Source: Myxococcota bacterium
Lineage (GTDB): Bacteria; Myxococcota_A; UBA9160; JAFDDA01
Reading direction: 5' to 3'
Assembly (NCBI GenBank): GCA_965228475.1
Contig: OZ245817.1
Coordinates: forward strand, 3,072,001-3,136,000
Length of the DNA: 64,000 bases
The notes below the pieces were generated by a model that worked only from the letters and a program-made list of their open reading frames with translations, did no database searches and was not told where the DNA came from. Positions 57,952-64,000 of this stretch are shown piece by piece (position 1 is the stretch's first letter; each line of letters starts with the position of its first letter). A program made the position numbers and the translations under genes.

Positions 57952-58392
57952 CTAGCTGAGCGCCTCGACCGGAGCCTGGATCTCCGTCGCATTGAAGAAG
58001 TACGAGATCTCGACCCGCGCCGTCTCGGGCGCGTCGGATCCGTGCACCGCGTTCTTCTCGATGTCGGTGGCGAACGCCTTGCGGATGGTGCCTTCCTCGG
58101 CCTCGGCCGGGTTGGTGGCCCCCATGAGCTTCCGGTAGCGGGCGATCGCGTCGTCCCCCTGGAGGACGCTCACCACGACCGGCCCGCTCGTCATGAAGGC
58201 GACGAGGTCTCCGTAGAACGGGCGCTCCTTGTGAACGGCGTAGAAGCCGCGCGCATCCTGTTCGTTCAGGTGGAGCATCTTGAGGGCGAGGATCTCGAGG
58301 CCGGCGCCCTGGATCTGGCTCAGGATGGCGCCGGTGGCGCCCTTGGCGACGGCGTCGGGCTTGATGATCGAAAGCGTGCGCTCCACGGCCAT
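57952..58392 (-). CDS. ndk: Nucleoside diphosphate kinase
   Basis: [34 protein letters not shown]. Confidence 0.97.
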   Translation of the reverse strand: MAVERTLSIIKPDAVAKGATGAILSQIQGAGLEILALKMLHLNEQDARGFYAVHKERPFYGDLVAFMTSGPVVVSVLQGDDAIARYRKLMGATNPAEAEEGTIRKAFATDIEKNAVHGSDAPETARVEISYFFNATEIQAPVEALS

Positions 58393-58513
58393 GAACGGGT
58401 CCTCCTTCGGGGAGGCGGCAGCTTAGCGTGGAAATCGCGGCGTGGAGGTCGTGCGGTCGTGGGAAAACGCGCCGAATACGCGCGGGTTCGGCGTCGAGGT
58501 CCGGCCTCGCGGC

Positions 58514-59023
58514 CTAGGCGCGTCGCGCCTCGGGAGCGGCGTCGGCGATCACCGAATCCACGAAGGCGCGCTGCTCCGCATTCAGTTCGTCGAAGCGGAC
58601 CCCCATGCCCGGCGGGCCCTGCTCCCGCGGCACGGGGCGCGACCAGGTCACCTCGCCCGAGAGCACCATGCTGCCGTCGGGCGCACCGAGGGTCAGCCGG
58701 AGCGGCGTCCCGAGGCCGAGCGGCTCCTCGGTGGCGATGAAGATCCCGCCCTCGGAGATGTCCTCGAGGTACGCGGACCGGAGACCCTCGCGGGTCTCGA
58801 AGTGGACCTGGAGGTGGGTCGGGAACCGGAAGTGAGCCCGGCGCTCGACGACGGAGACGAGGCTCTCGAGCCGGTCGCCGTAGCGCGCGTTCAGGGTGCG
58901 GCGCAGGCACTGCCAGCGTTCGAGGTCCGCCACGTCGAGGGGCGGCGCACCGAACAGGCGGCGGCGGTTCAGTGCCATGAACTCGCTCACGAGCGAGTCC
59001 GAGGCGGGGCTCGGGTCGGACAT
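58514..59023 (-). CDS. PilZ domain protein
   Basis: ERRAHFR (RxxxR), DISEGGIFI (DxSxxG), PPGMGVRF. Confidence 0.88.
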   Translation of the reverse strand: MSDPSPASDSLVSEFMALNRRRLFGAPPLDVADLERWQCLRRTLNARYGDRLESLVSVVERRAHFRFPTHLQVHFETREGLRSAYLEDISEGGIFIATEEPLGLGTPLRLTLGAPDGSMVLSGEVTWSRPVPREQGPPGMGVRFDELNAEQRAFVDSVIADAAPEARRA

Positions 59024-59083
59024 ATGGCTGATATCGGCTATGTCGGGCCGGAACGAGAGCCCTTCGTGACCCCGGGCGGCCGA

Positions 59084-60064
59084 TCAGTCCACCCGGAGGA
59101 CGATTTTCCCAAAGTGTTCGCTGGCTTTCATGGCCCGGTGCGCCTCCGGCGCGGCGTCGAGGGGCAGCACCCGGTCGACCGCCGGGCCGATCCGGCCCGC
59201 CTGGAGAGCAGGCCCAAAACGGTCTAGGAATCCCGATACGATCGCGGCCTTCTCCGCGGCCGGGCGGGCCCGCAGGGTCGACCCGATCACCTGGAGACGG
59301 CGCGTCAGCAGGACGCCCATCGGCAGCTCGGCCTTGGCGCCCCCCATCAGGCCGATCAGGACGAGCCGGCCCCCCGTCGCGAGCGCGGCCAGGTTCTTCT
59401 CGAGATAGGGCGCACCGATCGAGTCGAGCGCCACGCCGACGCCCTTCCCGCCCGTGGCCTCCTTCGCCGCGGCGACGAAGTCCCCCTCCCGGTAGTTGAC
59501 GGCGACGTTCGCACCGAGCTCCGTGCAGCGCGTGCACTTCTCCTCGCTTCCCGCGGTCACGACGATGGTCGCGCCCGCCTCGCGCACGAGCTGGATCGCC
59601 GCCGTGCCGATGCCGCTGCCGCCCCCGTGGACGAGCGCCGCGCCGCCCTCGGCCAGGCCGCCGAGCTGGAAGACGTTCAAGAAGACCGTGAGGAACACTT
59701 CCGGGAGGGCGGCCGCCTCCTCCAGGGAAAGCCGCTCGGGGACGGGCATCGCGCTTCCGGCGTCGACGACGACCTCCTGCGCGTAGCCCCCGCCGGCGAG
59801 CAGGGCCATGGCGCGGTCTCCCGGGGACCAGCCCTCGACCGCGCTCCCGACCTCGAGCACTTCGCCGGCGCACTCGAGACCCAGGATCTCCGAAGCGCCG
59901 GGCGGCGGCGGGTAGAACCCCTGCCGCTGAAGCAGGTCGGCCCGGTTCACGGCGGTCGCGGCGACGCGGATGCGCAGGTCGCCCGCACCCATCTCCGGCG
60001 GCGGCGCTTCGCCGAGCTTCATCACGGTCTCGTCGCCGGGCTTCTCGATCAGGATGGCTTTCAT
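59084..60064 (-). CDS. NAD(P)H:quinone oxidoreductase (PIG3/MDR family)
   Basis: VNRADLLQRQG.YPPPPGAS..LGLEC, HGGGSGIG, GSTLRAR, HFGKIVL. Confidence 0.92.
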   Translation of the reverse strand: MKAILIEKPGDETVMKLGEAPPPEMGAGDLRIRVAATAVNRADLLQRQGFYPPPPGASEILGLECAGEVLEVGSAVEGWSPGDRAMALLAGGGYAQEVVVDAGSAMPVPERLSLEEAAALPEVFLTVFLNVFQLGGLAEGGAALVHGGGSGIGTAAIQLVREAGATIVVTAGSEEKCTRCTELGANVAVNYREGDFVAAAKEATGGKGVGVALDSIGAPYLEKNLAALATGGRLVLIGLMGGAKAELPMGVLLTRRLQVIGSTLRARPAAEKAAIVSGFLDRFGPALQAGRIGPAVDRVLPLDAAPEAHRAMKASEHFGKIVLRVD

Positions 60065-60094
60065 GGAGCGGAGCCTACCAGAACCCGACGACTG

Positions 60095-60132
60095 AAAAGA
60101 AAGGGCCGGAGCGCGCGAACGCTCCGGCCCTT
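60095..60132 (-). terminator. Intrinsic terminator of the acyl-CoA dehydrogenase operon
   Basis: AAGGGCCGGAGCG-N6-CGCTCCGGCCCTT, with TCTTTT following on the minus strand. Confidence 0.8.
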
Positions 60133-60155
60133 CGGACCTGCCGCGAACGGCCGAG

Positions 60156-61334
60156 CTACTTGAGCTCGGTGCGGTCGTAGCCGAGGATCGTCCGGGCGAT
60201 GATCAGATTCTGGATCTGGCCCGTCCCCTCGTAGATGTCCGTGATCCGCACGTCGCGGAACCACTTCTCGAGCAGGTGCTCGCGGCTCACCCCGAGCGGC
60301 CCGAGGATCTCGATGCAGCCCTGGGTCACCTCGCGCACCGCCGAGCCGCCCTTCGCCTTCGAGATCGACGCCTCGAGGTTGTTGGGCTTGCTCTCGCCCG
60401 AGAGCCACGCCGCGTTCAGCACCGTCAGCATGGCGGCCTCGTACTTGCCCTCGAGCTCGTGGAACTTCTGCACCACCGCCGGCTGGCTCTGGAGATTGCC
60501 GCCGTAGGCGATGTCGAAGCCGGCTTCCGCGAGCTGCTCCCGCGTGAAGTCGAGCGCCGCCTCGGCGATGCCGAGCCCGATCGCCGCCACCGCCGGCCGC
60601 GTCATGTTGAAGGTCTTCATGACGCCCCGGAAGCCGCCGGAGCTCGCCTTCGGGATCTCTTCCTTCCCGCCGAGGAGGTTCCCGCGCGGGATGCGGCAGT
60701 CGTTGAAGACCATCGCGGCCGTGTCGTCGGCGCGGATCCCGAGCTTCTTCTCCTTGTGGGTGGTTTCGAAGCCGGGCGAGCCCTTCTCGATCAGGAAGCT
60801 CTTGATGCCCGCGCGGCCCGCCGAGCGGTCGAGCGTCGCCCAGACGACGACGCCGTCGCAGCGGCAGCCCGTGGTCACGAAGATCTTCTCGCCGTTGATG
60901 ACCCACTCGTCGGTGGCTTCATCGAGCACCGCGGTGGTCTGCACCTGCGACGGGTCCGAGCCGCAGCCGGGCTCGGTGATCGCCATGGCGAGCGTCTTCC
61001 CGCTCCACTTCTCGACCTGCTCGGGCGTGCCCGCCGCGCGCAGGGCCGCGTTGCCGAGGCCACCGCTCCCGCGCTTCATGCGCACGGTGTAGTCGCCCCA
61101 GCACTGACCGGCCGAGATCAGCATGGTCATGACGGGCATGGCCGTGTCGTTCTCGTCGCGGCCCATGAAGAGCTCCCCCATGTTGGGGAAGTCCTTGGCT
61201 TCGGGCAGCTCGTCGGGTGCGAACTCGTCCTCGTTCTCGTCGTAGTACCGCGCGTAGTTGCGGCAGACGAGCGCTTCGGCGCGCACGTGGTCGAGGATCT
61301 TCTGGTCGTTCTCGGTCAGGACGAAGTCGATCAT
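60156..61334 (-). CDS. Acyl-CoA dehydrogenase (FadE23-like)
   Basis: AITEPGCGSD, INGEKIFVT, KKLGIRADDT, DIYEGTGQIQ. Confidence 0.92.
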   Translation of the reverse strand: MIDFVLTENDQKILDHVRAEALVCRNYARYYDENEDEFAPDELPEAKDFPNMGELFMGRDENDTAMPVMTMLISAGQCWGDYTVRMKRGSGGLGNAALRAAGTPEQVEKWSGKTLAMAITEPGCGSDPSQVQTTAVLDEATDEWVINGEKIFVTTGCRCDGVVVWATLDRSAGRAGIKSFLIEKGSPGFETTHKEKKLGIRADDTAAMVFNDCRIPRGNLLGGKEEIPKASSGGFRGVMKTFNMTRPAVAAIGLGIAEAALDFTREQLAEAGFDIAYGGNLQSQPAVVQKFHELEGKYEAAMLTVLNAAWLSGESKPNNLEASISKAKGGSAVREVTQGCIEILGPLGVSREHLLEKWFRDVRITDIYEGTGQIQNLIIARTILGYDRTELK

Positions 61335-61343
61335 GTCGCCCTC

Positions 61344-62453
61344 CTAGCAGCTCACCGCACCCTCGAGAACGCCGAGGGTACGAACGTTGCGGTACCACAT
61401 CTCCACGGGGTGCTCGCGGATGAATCCGTGTCCACCGAGCACCTGGAGGCCGTTGTCTCCGATCTTCATCGCTTCCCGCGCGCAGTAGACCCGCGCGAGG
61501 TGGGCGCTGCGCGTCGCATCGAGCCCGCGCTCGAGCTGCGACGCCGCCTTCCACACGAGCCAGCGCATGGAGTCGACCTCGATCGTCATGTCCGAGAGCA
61601 TGAACGCGATGGCCTGCTTCTTGGCGATGGCCTCGCCGAAGGCCTCGCGGTCCTTGGCGTAGGGGATCGCGTACTCCATGACGGCGCGCGAGAGGCCCAC
61701 CATCACGGCGCCGAGGGCGACCCGCGAAGCGTTGACGATTCGCGCGGCATCGATGCCCTGGTCGCCGCCCAGCCGATCCGCCGCCGAGACCTCGACGCGG
61801 TCGAGGGTCAGCGTCGACGTCGGAAGCGCACGCAGACCGAGGTTCTTCTCGTTCTCGGTGATCGTGAGCCCCTCGGCCCCGCGCTCGACGATGAAGGCCT
61901 CGATGCCGGCGAAGCCGTCCTGGGCCGTGTTGCGCGCGAGCACCAGGAAGTGGCTCGCCCGGTCGCCGAGCGGCACGAAGCTCTTCTCACCCGAAAGGAT
62001 GAAGCCGTCCCCCTTGGGCTCGGCCTTCGTGCGCAGGTTCAGCACGTCGAAGACCGGCGAAGGCTCGACGAGCGCCAGCGAGGCCGCGTGGAACTTCTCC
62101 CCGGTGAACAACGGCAGGTACTTCGCCTTCTGCTCCTCGGTGCCGTGGTCGAGAACGGCGTTCGCGAACAGGGAGGGCGCCACCGCGGCCATCCCGAGGG
62201 CGGCGTCGCCGTGGGCGAGCTCCTCGAGCACGATGGCGTTCGTGATGGGCGAGCGCTCTTCGCCGCCCCCGCCGAACGCTTCCGGGATCTGGGTCGACGT
62301 CAAGCCGAGCTCCCAGACCTGCTGGAGCAGGTCGTCGGGCACCTGGCTCGACTCATCGCACTCGCGAGCGACGGTGCGGAGTGCGTCCTTGGCGAACTCG
62401 CGCATCGCCTCGCGGACGACTTCCTGCTCTTCCGTCAGTCCAAACGAGATCAT
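61344..62453 (-). CDS. Acyl-CoA dehydrogenase (FadE24-like)
   Basis: MISFGLTEEQ, LSGEKSFV, REAFGEAIAKKQAIAF, QVLGGHGFIREHPVEMWYR; ATGA overlap with hxlR. Confidence 0.9.
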   Translation of the reverse strand: MISFGLTEEQEVVREAMREFAKDALRTVARECDESSQVPDDLLQQVWELGLTSTQIPEAFGGGGEERSPITNAIVLEELAHGDAALGMAAVAPSLFANAVLDHGTEEQKAKYLPLFTGEKFHAASLALVEPSPVFDVLNLRTKAEPKGDGFILSGEKSFVPLGDRASHFLVLARNTAQDGFAGIEAFIVERGAEGLTITENEKNLGLRALPTSTLTLDRVEVSAADRLGGDQGIDAARIVNASRVALGAVMVGLSRAVMEYAIPYAKDREAFGEAIAKKQAIAFMLSDMTIEVDSMRWLVWKAASQLERGLDATRSAHLARVYCAREAMKIGDNGLQVLGGHGFIREHPVEMWYRNVRTLGVLEGAVSC

Positions 62454-63193
62454 TCCGGGCTCCTTTCTTCCCGCTCCTCTCGGTCGTTCCGGGGGGAGAG
62501 TCGGGAGATCTGGTGGAAGTAGAAGTCCATGGCCTCGGGGCCACCGTCCTTCTTGAGATCGCCGCGGCGAGCGGACTCGCGCGCGTCGAAGCGGCCGAGG
62601 GCGACGCCGCACCAGACGCGGGCGTCGGCCGTGTAGCGGACGTCGGCGCGCTCGGCGAAACCGCGCTCGACGGTGCAGGCGCCGTCCTTCACGTGCACGC
62701 TCCAGACGCCGCCGCCCTCGCCTTCGAGGCGGATCTCGAAGGTGATGTCGACGCCGCGCGCGCGGTCTTCGCGCACGATGAAGGGCAACACCTCGAGAAT
62801 CGACTGCGGCACCGTCGCCGTGAACTTGCGCGTGTCGATCTCGAGATCGCGAACGGCGTGGGCGACGTACCAGTGGGCGATCGCGGCGATCACCGGCTCG
62901 AGCCCGCGCCCGCGCTCGGTGACCGCGTAGACCGAACGCGAGCCGTCGGGGACGGTCTCGACGTAGCCCGCCGCGACCATCTCGCGCAGCCGCGCCGAGA
63001 GCACGCGCGGGGCGATGCCGGTTCGCTTGCGGAGGTCCTGGAATCCGATCGGGCCGGTCAGGAGGTGACGCACCAGGACCAGCGTCCATTTGTCGCCGAT
63101 CCGGTCGAGGGCCCGTGCGACGGGGTCGTAGATCTCGCCGGGGCGCGGGATCGCGCCGGCCGAGCTCGTCGTGGTGGGGGCCACCTCGGGCAT
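62450..63193 (-). CDS. HxlR-family winged-helix regulator fused to an SCP2 lipid-binding domain
   Basis: PVARALDRIGDKWTLVLVRHL..LSARLREM..YAVTERG; C-terminus GEGGGVWSVHVKDGACTV..ADV..GDLKKDG. Confidence 0.85.
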   Translation of the reverse strand: MPEVAPTTTSSAGAIPRPGEIYDPVARALDRIGDKWTLVLVRHLLTGPIGFQDLRKRTGIAPRVLSARLREMVAAGYVETVPDGSRSVYAVTERGRGLEPVIAAIAHWYVAHAVRDLEIDTRKFTATVPQSILEVLPFIVREDRARGVDITFEIRLEGEGGGVWSVHVKDGACTVERGFAERADVRYTADARVWCGVALGRFDARESARRGDLKKDGGPEAMDFYFHQISRLSPRNDREEREERSPE

Positions 63194-63199
63194 GGCGAG

Positions 63200-63234
63200 A
63201 AGTATCCTATTGATACTTGCATGTTGTCAATAGG
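63200..63234 (-). promoter_or_regulatory. hxlR promoter/operator
   Basis: TTGACA-N18-GATACT on the minus strand; dyads AAGTATC-N5-GATACTT and CCTATTGA-N13-TCAATAGG. Confidence 0.65.
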
Positions 63235-63335
63235 GGAATCCCCGAGGTCGCCCGCAGGATAGATCGCGAGGCCCGGTCGCAACCTATTGGATTCGTTGAC
63301 GCTTTACCCCCGGCGGGACTGCGGTAGGCTTTCGG

Positions 63336-63736
63336 GCGGAGGTGGCCGGAGGATCGCCGGCAGCTTCGGCTGCGGGAGGAAAGTCCGGGCTCCATAGAGC
63401 AGGGAGGTCGCTAACGGCGACCCGGGGCGACCCGAGGGAAAGCGCAACAGAAAGCACACCGCCGATGGCCGGCTTCGGCCGGCACAGGCAAGGGTGAAAT
63501 CGTGGGGTAAGAGCCCACGCGCGACGGCCGGGTGACCGGCGGCGCGGCAAGCCCCTCCTGGAGCAAGCTCGAATAGGGATGTCGTATTGGGTGGCTCGCC
63601 CAAGGCCTTCGGGCCCGGCATCCGGGTTGAGTGCTCGAGCGGCGCGGCAACGCGCCGCCTAGAGGAATGGTCCTCGCCCGCATCCGCTCGGAAACGAGCG
63701 GCGCGGGAACAGAACCCGGCTTACAGGCCACTCCGC
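63336..63736 (+). ncRNA. rnpB: RNase P RNA (bacterial type A)
   Basis: GAGGAAAGTCCGGGCTCCAT, GGGTGAAATCGTGGGGTAAGAGCCCAC, CTAGAGGAATG, ACAGAACCCGGCTTACA; P1 GCGGAGGTGGCC/GGCCACTCCGC; TAGGCT -10 upstream. Confidence 0.97.
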
Positions 63737-63880
63737 AGCTTCCCGTGCCTACGGCACGAGTGCTGCGGACCCCGAGGAAGAAGCGCAAGCCACGCCTCGG
63801 GCGCTCCGAGAGTCCGCACGCCGCCCTCGCCGCGAAAGCGTCGGGGGCGGCTCCACGTTCGGGATCCGGCGCGCCGGCCG

Positions 63881-64000
63881 TCAGCGAAGTTCGTGGGCGA
63901 GGCAGATCAGGCGCGCGCGGCGCTCGGCGTCGTAGCCCTGCCACTTCTCGGCCGGAAGCGCCTCCAGCGCGACACGCGAGAACCCGCAGCGTTCGAAGAA
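63881..64000 (-). CDS. C-terminal fragment of a GNAT (ArgA-like) acetyltransferase
   Basis: FFERCGFSRVALEALPAEKWQGYDAERRARLICLAHELR*; 5' part lies outside the window. Confidence 0.6.
   Translation of the reverse strand, partial: FFERCGFSRVALEALPAEKWQGYDAERRARLICLAHELR

Noticed and set aside
63760..63880. GC hairpin with GAAA loop downstream of rnpB as a third copy of the structured element
   Set aside because: Shares only short words (AAGCGCA, GCGAAGT, the latter inside the GNAT stop region) and lacks the 27-bp arms and motif order.

Overview
High-GC bacterial chromosomal window with no phage, IS, CRISPR, rRNA or tRNA detected. Gene content (ftsA, MltD-type LysM transglycosylase, myxobacterial-style PilZ protein, MJ0042 zinc-ribbon/DUF3426 protein) suggests a diderm Myxococcota/deltaproteobacteria-like organism; this is inference. 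Housekeeping genes: hisI-hisG, plsB-like, ffh, rlmN, trmB, sppA, pmm/pgm, tatA, a near-complete dcw cluster (mraZ to ftsZ, no ddl), ndk, and RNase P RNA. There are also many lipid-metabolism genes. Main candidates for undescribed biology: (1) a five-gene run (19.9-23.8 kb) of MerR-like regulator, ParA ATPase fused to a glycogen-binding CBM48 domain, P-loop-dead MinD/FlhG-like protein, degenerate nuclease-fold protein and ECF sigma, possibly a glycogen-granule positioning system; (2) a ~120-nt structured element present twice, whose 27-bp arms differ in sequence but keep pairing around a conserved internal loop; (3) an ArsA/Get3 pair with a PhaR-phasin-like fusion, converging on an acyltransferase/epimerase pair; (4) NrdR-like boxes, MraZ repeats and an mraW-like structured RNA at the head of the dcw operon. 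All calls come from reading motifs by eye; no database searches were run.
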